Shown piece after piece: positions 1 to 10,599 of a stretch of 64,000 bases of DNA. A program made the translations under genes and the position numbers. Position 1 is the first letter of the stretch; every line of letters starts with the position of its first letter. Under the pieces are notes generated by a model, which was not told the origin of the DNA, searched no databases, and was given only the letters and a program-made list of their open reading frames with translations. This stretch comes from Takakia lepidozioides (Eukaryota; Plantae; Bryophyta): assembly GCA_030704615.1 (NCBI GenBank), contig CM060732.1:51708001-51772000 (forward strand), written 5' to 3'.

Positions 1-520
1 AATGTGTTGAAGAAGGTGCCTTGAGTAGCAGTGCCTGATTTTATCAATTGTGCCGCTGCTATTGTGGCTTCCAGTTGATCATCGACCCATGCAGGTTTCT
101 TGTAGCTATCCTTCCACAGGGAATCACAGATAATCTGGAGCTTCAAATCCAGCCCTCTGTGATTGGTTATAACTGCTAATGGAAGAGATGTAGAACTGGT
201 AGTAGATATTTAAGCGTTTCGGTTATAACTTACCAATCTGACACCAGATAACCTTTGTCCATCTTATCGAACTCTCCCTTCAAATTCGCATCATTGATGC
301 TTCCATACATATCCATGAAGGTAGTGTTCCGAATTCCTTCAAGTAGATGCAATTCTCGTCTGTGATATGATCACCATGCTATCCTACAATCATCGCATTT
401 GAAGACAAGACCCGTCGTTCAGCCATACTATCACACATTCTCTCTTTGCAAACTCCACATTCCAATCGGCATCCTCTGTAGACTCTCACTTTACAGACTT
501 AATGAAGAATGCGACTTAAT
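1..520 (-). pseudogene. Decayed PDF-motif/PPR gene fragments
   Basis: 1-150 matches the PDF-exon copies at 36-38 kb (..DYLxFPVEG..KPAWVDDQL-type segment). 230-480 gives degenerate PPR pieces (DSMAERRVLSSNAMI, MDMYGSINDA). Confidence 0.55.
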
Positions 521-589
521 GCTCTACGATAACTACAAAAATCCTCCATGGGTCATGATATAAGGTCGAGGACAATGTGGTGAGGGCAC

Positions 590-990
590 CCTTCTTCTTC
601 GACCTATTTCAGCCTGTTTTGCCCTCTCATCAGATTCAGCCCTGAATTTGCATATTGAATTATGTAAGTTAGCTCGTTGGGTGGATCTGTGGTGGTTTGG
701 AGTGACTTTGACAAGTTACTGCCAATGTGGCAGCAGGAAAATACCCAAAAACCGATACCAGATATGAAGAGAAGCTTTGGAATGAACACTTTTCCGAGCC
801 CAGTCAATGGTGGGACAATGGAGACAAAAAGGTGCATGCCTGTTGGATTACAAAAAAACAGATGCAATTCATAATTGGACTCTACTGTAAAAAGTAGGGT
901 TGGGGTGTTTGCTGGAAGAACTTCACGTCGTGCGGAAGGAGCGGGGATAGAGTGTGGATCCAGATTCATCCAAGCTACAGGCCCGATGCG
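590..990 (+). pseudogene. PDF-motif (OSB-like) exon fragment
   Basis: EKLWNEHFSEPSQWWDNGDKK is followed by a GT donor. The acceptor at ~963 precedes the IHP.. exon, as in the other copies. Confidence 0.65.
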
Positions 991-1269
991 AAATCCCAAT
1001 CGGGACCTGCATCTTCCTCCCCCTTTTTGTCCTTATTTCGCTGTCAATCCCTTCATTCTATGTGGAAGGTTCTAGAGGGAACTTCACATTTCCCCTCATG
1101 ATCTTGATTTTGGGAATTCTTTTTTAATACAATGTTGTTAGGATATGGGCAGCATTGTCGTCATCATAGGTTGGCCGGTCAAATAATGGAAGATATTACA
1201 AAGGAAAGGTTGAAGCTGACCGCCAGTATATGTGTTCTCTCTGCGAATTGCCCAAACTGGCTTCATCAA

Positions 1270-1819
1270 TAATGTGCAGGGTCGCAATGTCCTCACTAAC
1301 TTTTATGTTAGTCTCATCCTAAGTGGGTGCAGTGCTGCTTCTAGTATGGGGCTCTTATCACTCTGTACATCATAGTGAAATTGAAGTGCTTATTCTCAGG
1401 TAAATCTGTGCCTTTTGGCACTCTTTTTTGGTTGTCAGGCTTAAAGGCCGTGTTGTAAATTGATTTGAGATTGGTGCAGGGAATAAATTTCACCACAGAC
1501 AAGTTGATGGAGGCTGGTGCGGAAACGGTAGAGTCTGGTAGAGTCACATGTGGATGTGAAAACAACAGACAATTACATGTTGCGGATTTTCTGCATTGGC
1601 TTCACAAAGAAGCGACCCAACCACATTAAGCGCACTTGTTACGCACAATTTCAAAAATGTCAGACAATTTCTAAGGCTCTTCGACAAATGATGCAATTCT
1701 TAGAAGTTGAATGGTAGTCTCTAAAAGAAATAGAACCTCAAGTACACAAGCCAATAGTTTTTGGGGATAATGAAGGCATTTCATGTCTCTGATGTCCATT
1801 TCTGAGGTTCATGTGTGAG

Positions 1820-1869
<50 letters not shown>

Positions 1870-2430
1870 TTCCATAGAACATGATGGTTCAATGGTGGTT
1901 GCTTGTCAGGAACACTGCAAAACATTGTATGCAACCAATATTTCCATGCAGGTCCTTCATCAATTTCGCGAGATGCAACCTGATGTAAGTAGTGTTACCA
2001 TGTCTCGGCTTGCTTCGGTGGAAGATGAGGGAGATCATTGTGCATGAAGCTCAAACTCGTGATTTGAAGGTTCTTGTAGCCAAGTTCATTCCAGATGTGA
2101 TTGGAAAAGACATTGAGAAGACATCAGCCAGTATGTATCCTATACAGAACACTTTCATCCACAAAGTAAATATTGTGAAAGCTCCCAAAGTTGATGTGGG
2201 CAAGCTTATGGAGGTAGAACTCACTTCCCTCCTCTAATTTAAGTGTTGGATAAGTTTCAGTTTAGTGTCGACGTTCATTGCATACATTGGCTGTTTTCTT
2301 GGTTGGTATCTTGTTGCTTGGCTGCTTTCATGGGGATCACATACAGTGAGGAGGTGGGAGCAAAGATAGAGCGACATGTTGGTGAGTTGGAAGAGCTTGA
2401 AGGGGAGCCTGTTAAGGTACGAGGGGCTTA
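1270..2430 (+). pseudogene. RPS3A: 40S ribosomal protein S3a (eS1) pseudogene, intron-containing
   Basis: Exons: NVQGRNVLTNF (~1272-1306); GINFTTDKL..HVDVKTTDNYMLRIFCIGFTKKRPNHIKRTCYA (~1480-1646, frameshifted); [46 protein letters not shown] (~2015-2213); YSEEVGAKIER..(~2330-2430). Confidence 0.9.
1826..1866 (+). repeat. (AG)n microsatellite
   Basis: Pure AG run of about 20 units inside the RPS3a intron. Confidence 0.95.
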
Positions 2431-2964
2431 CATTTCCCGTGTGTAGTGGAAGGGGAGGAGTACTTTCGTAAGTTCTGCTGCAACAATTTTTGTTTTCCAG
2501 CCTACATGTTCTTGTTGGATATTAATTGAAGTGCTTTCAATGTTGTTACAATACCATAATAAAGTGGAGGCTGCTGAATGCAATTGGCCTTGCTTGGTGC
2601 AGACAGAATCCATTGCAATGTGGAGATGGCTGAAACACATTAGCATTTCCAAAGGATGGTGTGGATGGCCTTACGTGGTGCATGCAGAGTCCGTGGCAAT
2701 GTGGAGATGGCTGAAACACCATTATAGCATTTCCAGAGGATGGTGTGGATGGCCTTGCGTGGTGCATGTAGAGTCCGTGGCAATGTGGAGATGGCTGAAT
2801 GGGCAAAGGAGGCAAGTGGCAAAGAAGCCACGTCACTGGTGCATAGTTGTGTGCGACATACTAGATGAAACTGTACTATATGTCATTCCAGAGGTTGGTC
2901 CATGTGTTTTACAACAATACTATCAATATAAGACTTCTGGTTCGCATTGGAAGCTCAATCCTTG

Positions 2965-4150
2965 TAAGTTCATTGTGTGTGAAGCTCAAACTTGTGATTT
3001 GAAGGATCTTGTAGCCAAATTCATTCCAGAGGTGATTCGAAAAGACATTGACAAAGCAACAGCCGGCTATGGATGGCCAGGAGAATTATAATGTACTATG
3101 TGCAAAAACGTTCTTTGCCCCAGCCTTGTGGCATCATGCCACAAACCATTTTAATATCAAGAGAGCATAAACAGTTCTTTCATTAACGGTCTTTGTTGTC
3201 GCTACAGATGTGCAGGAAGATGAGGGAGATCATTGTGCGTGAAGCTCAAACTTGTGATTTGAAGGATTTTGTAGCCAAGTTCATTCCACAGGTGATTGGA
3301 AAAGACATCAGCCGGTATGTATCCTCTATAGAACATCTTCAACCGGAAAGTAAAAATTCTGGAAGCTCCCAAATTTAATGTGGGTAAGCTTATGGAGGTA
3401 AAACTCAGCTTCCCTCCTCTAATGTAGGTGTTGGATAAGTTTCATTTAGTGTCGACCTTCACTGCATATATTGGCTATTTTCTTGGCTGGTTTCATGTTT
3501 TCTGGCTGGTGGTATGCTGTTGGTTGGCTTCTTTCATTTCACGTGTGTAGTGGAAGGGAAGAAGTACTTTCCTAAGTTCTACTGCAACAATGTCTTTTTT
3601 CCAGCCTAGATGATGTTCTCGATGGATACAGAGCTTTGAATGTTGTTGCAATACTATAATAAAGTGGAGGGTGTTGAATGCAGTTGGCCTTGCTTCGTGT
3701 AGGCATAATCCAGGGAAATGTGGACATAGCTGAAACCCCATGATAGCATTTCCAGAGGATGGTGTGGATGGCCTCACAATCCAGCATGCAAAATCCATGG
3801 CAATGTGGAGATGGCTGAATGGGCAAACAGGTTAGGTGACAAACAAGCCACGTCACTGGTACATAGTTGCGTGCTTACATAGTACATGAAAGTGTACTAT
3901 ATGTCATTCCAGAAGATGACCATGTTGGTCCATGTATTTTACAACAATGCTATCAATAAAAGACCAATGGTTTGCATTGGAAACTCAATCCCCATAAGTG
4001 GCTTGTGCGTGATGCTCAAACTTGTGATTTGAAGGATCTTATAGCCCAGTTCATTGCAGAGGTGATTGGAAAAGACATTGAGAAGCCAACAGCCGGTATC
4101 TATCCTCTACAGATCCCCTTCAATTTGATGTGGGAAAGCCGGCTGGAGGT
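2965..4150 (+). pseudogene. RPS3A: Three further partial copies of the RPS3a exon within a local tandem duplication
   Basis: [19 protein letters not shown](R/G)KDI recurs at ~2980, ~3240 and ~4010. The flanking segment 2430-2960 is repeated at ~3535-4000. Confidence 0.85.
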
Positions 4151-4445
4151 CTAGCCTCACTTTCACACATCTAATGTCAGTGTTGTATCCATTACAATGT
4201 GGAGATGTTTGAAACAACATTGGAGCATTTTCAAAGGATGGTCTGGATGGCTTTTCGTGGCGTGTACCGAATCTGTGGCAAGAAAACATTGCAAGCAGAA
4301 CCCATGACAATGGTAGTTGCACGGGTTGGTCCAAAGCCAATTGCAACAACAAATGAATAAAGGGTGCTAAAAGGAAAACACTCCATAATTGATCATAAAA
4401 TCCACTGTCCAAGCATGATATCTTAATGGGAATGCGAAGGGAGTG

Positions 4446-4992
4446 TGTCGAGCGGCTTTTGCTCACCCATCCCTTCGCTATCCGAGGTGGAAACTCCAAG
4501 ATAGAAGAGTTGGATATCTCTAAGCACTCAGCCCGCTCAGAACAATCAGTCATGACCTACAGCTAGTGTATCATGGTTGTGCTTCCTGTTTGTATTTCTT
4601 CTTACCTTCATATTAGCAATTTACCTTATTGTGTATACTTAAGCATCTCTCCTCCTTCACCGTGCTCTCCATCCTTGCTCCCGTTCCTACTCTCCGCCTT
4701 ATCTCCTCTCGTGAATGACCCAGAAATGCTCTCCGTCAAGTCCCCTCCATGTCGCTGCTCTGCTTAATGTATCTACAAGTTGTTCTAACCGCCTAACTAA
4801 CTAATTGTCACCTAAGAAGTAAGCACGTTCCCTCTGCAGATGTCGTCCCCACACAGTCGTTCCCTACCAAAGATAACCATTCCCTATGTACGCTGTGACG
4901 GGCTGTGATTGTGCCGAACTATGACTGGCTGTGTCGGCTGTGAATGTTGTGATTGACTGTGCAACCTTGTGTGTGCCACCCCCTAAGCCTGT
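4446..4992 (-). mobile_element. Gypsy family-A LTR fragment, interrupted at 4993
   Basis: Reverse-complement match to the LTR at 13097-13985 (e.g. ccaagatagaagagttggatatctctaagcactcagcccgc). Same ~10-bp ctgtg repeats. Confidence 0.8.
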
Positions 4993-6805
4993 TGTAGGGT
5001 AAAATCTCGTGGTGCGAAATTTTGGCCAAGTGTCGGGATGTCGGGAGGAAGCTGAAACTTGGATGAAGAGGGGATGAATGCAAGTAACGAAAGGATGATG
5101 AAGGTGCATAGGAGGTACATCCAGTTGGAGTTGTTGGATGACTAACGGATGAACTAAGGCAGTAGCAGAATACTGTTGTAGTTCATCCAATTGGATGATA
5201 AAGAGTAGTTGGCAGACTCCGCATAGATAGAAGGCACAAGTGGTATCGACGTGCAAGTAGGCTGAGAGGGGGAGGAATACCCGCGGTCTACTAAATAAAC
5301 ACATGGGCTAGCCATGAAATCAGCGAATAATCAACGCACCGTTCGGAGTGGATGAGGCAACCAAAAGTAGATTTAAGCAGCAATAGTGCAAGACGGAAAT
5401 GGGGCATTTTTGGTGACGAGAAAAGTAGGAGCTCAGGGTGAGCAGTGAGGATGGTGAACCATCAGGGCAGAACTGATTGTATCCGCTGAGGCCAGTAGTA
5501 AAGAGGAGTTGCAATCATGTGAATCTCTACAAGTGTTCAGTGGCATGCTATTGTGAGCTCTGATGTGAATTTAACAGAAATTTTCGTTATTGCAGATGGC
5601 ATGTGTAGCTTTCAGCCTTGGGAATTGGTCCTTTAGATGTCATGATACCCCAAGTAGTTATGAGAGTGTAGCTTGATCAGATTTTGAGGACTTTTGGGAG
5701 CTCAGTTGCAGCAAATCCAGACCTGATTAGAGCAGTAGCCCAGGTTGCACTATTTGCATGCTAGTAGTGAATTAATGTGGCAAGTAAATTCTTTTATGAG
5801 AGTGCTGGTCCTCGTCTAAGTAGTTGGAATTCATGAGTAACCCAGGAAACCTAGCATAAGTACAAACCATTCCCGACAGCCTGTTTCAAATTCAGCAAGT
5901 GAGAGATAGACATTCTACATAAGTGTCGTTAGTAGTCAGGGAGGTGACAATGCAAGGGAAGAATATTTGAAGCAACAAACATGGAGGCTCCACCTACCGG
6001 CTGGTCATCGTGATGCAACCATGAAAGAGGGCAGTGACTGATCAACCAAGAGGGCAAGCCAAGACAATGTGCTTTGGATCAGATTTATCAAACCAATGCT
6101 GGTGTTCCCCTTCCAACCCAAAACCTGCGACATGGGATGAGTTTCAGACAGCCATTGTGGCTAAGTTTGGTCAGGTTGATCCAACCGAGCTGAAGATGAA
6201 GCTCGACTCAATCAGACAGGAGCCAAGACAAAGGGTGCAGGCATACTTTGAACAGAGGCGAAGGTTTATGTCAGGATTGCGACCAGAAATAATGCGCCTG
6301 CTATTGGGAGCCAAATTTGCTAACATTGATGAGGTAGTGGATAGAGCAATACAAGTAGAGAAAGGACTGGGGCAAATCGGAGAGACCCCTATGGACCAAT
6401 GGAAGCGAAGGAAGAAACAGCTAATAGGCCAATGTCTCAAAACGATAAACGCTTGGATGACCTCAACTTCACATTACAAAGGTATTTTGAGAAGGGATCC
6501 ACTCCCTCTGACGCATCAGGTAGCCGTACCCCACCACGTGGTATGACCAAAGTGTGCAACAATTGTCAACAAGAAAAGCACACTCGCAGCATTTTGTCCA
6601 TCCGGGAGAACCCCTGTGAAATGTGAAAAATGCCACAAATTTGGGCACCGGACAGACCAGTGTGGTAAGCAGTGCAACTTTTGCAAAATGTTGGGACACA
6701 CGGAAGACCAATGCAGGGCAAAGGCAGCCATGGGATCAGGAGGAGTGCATGCCACTAATTTGCTGGAGGTAATGTGTGATGATGAGGAAGCGGTTCTGGC
6801 TGAAC
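4993..6805 (+). mobile_element. Ty3/Gypsy element B: 5' LTR (4993-5531) plus decayed gag
   Basis: TGTAG...CTACA ends. Gag-like TWDEFQTAIVAKF..RQEPRQRVQAYFE, then zinc knuckles CEKCHKFGHRTDQC and CNFCKMLGHTEDQC. Truncated at ~6805. Confidence 0.75.
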
Positions 6806-8300
6806 TAACTGTCGACCAGTTCGACAACGCTGCCAGGCCCACACATGGATATTTTGAATACGAAACAACGATCTACCTCAGTCCCTTGTCCTGGAAACCT
6901 ACTTCCATGAATGTAGTCATATCCACATCGTCGCTTCACCTCCAGAATGGAGTGCATATTTGAGCCACGCCCAATTTTCTGTTTGCAGGAGACAAATTGG
7001 TTTCGGACATTCGGTGAATAGACGTGGGACACTGACTCCAGCAATGCCTCCATTTCCTTGTCATCGAGAGGAACTCTGTCGGAGCCGTCTTCCGACATAA
7101 TTCTGGCCAATATCATCTTATGGGCGGCCTGCAGCTGTATCTGTTTGGGTTTGGCACCAGGTCTCAACTTAACCTCCTCCTGAACGAGCTGCTCTGCCTC
7201 GTGGGCAGCCTCCCGCGAGTTCCCCCTCGCCAATTTGTGACAATGGAAACCAACATGTATGCAAGCTCGTGTGAGGTCGGGGAAATGGTGCAACACATAG
7301 AACTGCTTGGCATTACAAACAGACATGCAATGTGGTGGTTCTTTGCAATGCGCACACTTAAATGTGGAGTTTGGAACCTTCTCCTAAGCTCGAAATGGTT
7401 GATGAGCTGTGCCTGTCCAATCCGTCTCGTTCCTGTGACCTGTGGATTTAAAATGGAAGCAAGTTGGGGAGAAACACCGCAACGCGCCCGCACAAACAAC
7501 GTAGTGCACCCGCACACCATCAAGCATCTTCATGTTGGTGGTTTTGGTGACGCACCAAGGATGACCGTCATGTTTTCTATCCATATCTGTCAACATTCCG
7601 GACGCCCTCAAGTAGTCCATTCGAGGAGGGAACTCAAAGAAGATATTACCTGCGCGAAGCATGTAACGGATTTAATTGCGAACTTGCTGTAGTCCAGCCC
7701 AGCCAACTCCGAGCGGTGTCCCTCCATGTGAAGCCCTCGCAGAATTTCAAGAATAGATCGAACTGTTGTGCTCGTGTTGGGAATATGACTCCCTCGTTCA
7801 CTGGTGTCCATTGAGGCCTTGCCTGATCTCCAGGACGATCTCGCAACTTCCATGACCTCGTCTGAGTCAGACATGTTGTGAACAACCCGGTTCTCGCTCA
7901 TCTTCATTGATGGGTTCGGCTCTGGATTTACTTCGTTGCGGACTTCTCTCTTTGAGGTACCCACTCTCTTATTTGCAGATTGTTTCGTGGAAGGCGCCAG
8001 GATAGAAGGTGCATTTGGCGGGCAAATGAAGTCCCCAACAGCCTTGTATATGACGATGTCCGATGGTGGAACTCGCCATTCCCTGCCATCGCCAAAATCA
8101 TCATGGAGCACAACAATACTTTCGACTACAACTCCGTTTGAATCCTTCCTTTCCTCCTCCAAAAATACCAACCCTGGTTTCAGGTGGTATCGAACGCAGA
8201 GATATTTCTCTATTACCCGGCAGATGTCCCCTCTGCACGGAAATGTAGCTCTATGCTCGTGAGGAGGGCAGTACACTATAGTGCTCGGGTTTTCTGCCAT
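6805..8300 (-). pseudogene. Mutator-like transposase, N-terminal half (GCM-like domain), truncated
   Basis: MDRKHDGHPWCVTKTTN..VCAGALRC..C, TRACIHVGFHCH and YDYIHGSRFPGQG..FVFKISMCGPGS are collinear with the full transposase at 23266-26761. Frameshifted and cut before the DDE core. Confidence 0.85.
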
Positions 8301-8933
8301 GGGAGATGTGCACACAAGACTGCCAGGATGGCATTCAGGCAAGCGCCCTAGGAGAAGGGGGATGCAGCGAGGGGAAGGAATGCAGGGCCGATTTCACCGA
8401 GCGACGAAGCCTAGTCACAAATCCGGGGAGCCTACTCTCCCAAAATACACTGTCAGAGTGTTAATGAACCTTGTCTCCGGAATGCGGCCCCTGGCCTTTG
8501 CACAATAACTGCCAACGGTATGCAGTCAGAAGGTTTATGACCAGTGCAGATGCGTTGCGCAAACCAATAATTGTGGCGTCTAACAAGAAGCGTGGGGGGC
8601 GAGCGTGCAAGCACCTTCCCCATGGACAGAGGGAACTGACAGAGGTGGCATTCCAGTGGGTCTAATTGCAATATTGAGTGTCAGACCCTCGCTGCCCAAA
8701 GTCAACATGCAACAAAATGCAACATTGCACAAAATTGGAACTTTGGTTCAAATGAGATTTTTATTAATAATGAACTGTGACAAGTATGCATGCCCTCACA
8801 AACCGAGGGAAGCCAAAAGTATGCATGCAATACATGCTCAGGTAAGTTGGAAATTTGCTCCCGTGTTGCACTGTTCTCACCAAGAAACTGGAACCTCGAT
8901 TGCCCTCTCAACAAGCTCATGACTGACAGGGTG

Positions 8934-9443
8934 TCAGTAGGTGAAGACAATGGATGCAGCTCGTTCGCCTTTGGTGTAGTGGACAACGGTGTCATGTCCT
9001 CTGATATATGCACCATCGTAAATCGAGATCTTTGTTGTGGAGACTATGTGTCCATACGACTCATCCTCGTAGCTTATGAAAATGTCCCCATACACTGTTT
9101 GGGATGGAATCCTGTCTGGCATGTACGTACACCCGATGCAATCCTCGTAGGCCCACTGGCAGCACCTCCAATGATGTAGTAAGGCCGTGCGGCTTTTGGG
9201 GATGTTCCATGCAGGCGGATAGTGCAGATCAACGATTCGCAGGCACCACAGCCGCGCAAGCCCGTCCCCGCGAGGTTGATCGTGGAAGCCAGGAAGGTAC
9301 TCAAGAGCGGATATGTGCACCCTCCTCTGCTGAGAGTGGTCTAGCCAATCCTGCAGGTATATGAAAATATCCCCTGACATGGGCGAGAAGTCCCACGGGG
9401 TCAGATTTGTGTTTGGGCAGTTGTTTGGATCCCGGCACGCCAT
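8934..9443 (-). CDS. Putative AlkB-like 2OG-Fe(II) dioxygenase (HxD appears as RxD)
   Basis: LEYLPGFHDQPRGDG resembles AlkB-family NEYxPGxGIxPHxDG. C-terminal ISIYDG..GHDTVVHYTKGERAASIVF resembles the distal His...Arg-x-Ser strand. Motif match only. Confidence 0.45.
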   Translation of the reverse strand: MACRDPNNCPNTNLTPWDFSPMSGDIFIYLQDWLDHSQQRRVHISALEYLPGFHDQPRGDGLARLWCLRIVDLHYPPAWNIPKSRTALLHHWRCCQWAYEDCIGCTYMPDRIPSQTVYGDIFISYEDESYGHIVSTTKISIYDGAYIRGHDTVVHYTKGERAASIVFTY

Positions 9444-9659
9444 CGCCGACTATTGAAAGGGCTGCCAGGAAGCAGACAGGGTGCGCAGGGAGGGGGGGAG
9501 TGTGGGGAAGTTGAAGTGAGAGGAGCTCGGAGCGAGGAAGTGTTGTTGCTGTCTCGGTTTGAAACGCATGGGTCACGAACGAAGGTCGGGCAAGTGGCAA
9601 AGAAAAAGAGAGTTTAATACGACATGGCGTCAAATCGGAGGGTGACGGCCCCAAGTGCC

Positions 9660-10597
9660 TACCAGAGAACACCCCCCGGATGGAAATTCGGCGCCGTTTT
9701 CCCATCTGAGGCCGTTCAGATGAACTCGTCTCGGGGGGAGAGGCCAAAACCTAGCCGACAGAGAACATCCCCCGGATGGAAATTCAGCGCCGAATTTCCA
9801 TCCGAGGCCGCCCGGACGAAGTCGTTTCGGCGGGAGAGGCCGACATCTCACCGAGAGAGAACATCCCCGGATGGAAAAAGGGCGCCAAATTTCCATCCGG
9901 GGCCGCCCGCATGAAGTCGTCTCATGGGGAGAGGCCGACACCTAGCCGACAGATAACATCCCCCGGATGGAAATCCGGCGCCGAATTTCCATCCGGGCCC
10001 ACCCGCATGAAGTCGTCTCGTGGGGAGAGGCCGACACCTGGCCGACAAAGAAAACGGCGCCAAATTTCCATCCGAGGCCGCATGGAGGAAGTCGTCTCGC
10101 GGGAAGAGGCCGACATCTCGTCGAGAGAGAACATCCCCGGATGGAAAAAGGGCGTCGAATTTCCATCAGGGGCCGGTCGGATGAAGTCGTCTCGTGGGGA
10201 GAGGCCAACACCTGGCCCACGAGACGACATCATCCGACCGGCCCCGGATGGAAATTCGGCGCCCTTTTTTCATCCGGGGCCGCCTGCATGAAGTCGTCTC
10301 GTGGGGAGAGGCCGACATAGCCGACAGAGAACATCCCCCGGATGGAAATCCGGCGCCGAATTCCCCTCCGGGGCCGCCCGCACGAAGTCGTCTCATGGGG
10401 AGAGGCCGACACCTGGCCCCGGATGGAAAAACGGCGCCGAATTTCCATCCGAGGCTGCACGGAGGAAGTCGTCTCGCGGGGAGAGGCCGATATCTCGCCG
10501 AGAGAGAACATCCCCGGATGGAAAAAAGGCGCCAAATTTCCATCTGGGGCCGGTCGGATGAAGTCGTCTCATGGGGAGAGGCCGACACCTGGCCCAC
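9660..10597. repeat. Tandem array of ~90-bp units, each centred on palindrome GGATGGAAATTCGGCGCCGAATTTCCATCC
   Basis: About 10 units. Both the palindrome and the linker (gaagtcgtctcgtggggagaggccgacacct) are conserved. Cut off at ~10598 by an LTR. Confidence 0.9.
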
Positions 10598-10599
10598 TG

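Noticed and set aside
9660-10597. CRISPR array, or coding ORFs in the palindrome array
   Set aside because: Linkers are conserved rather than unique. The many overlapping ORFs arise from GC-rich repeat sequence.
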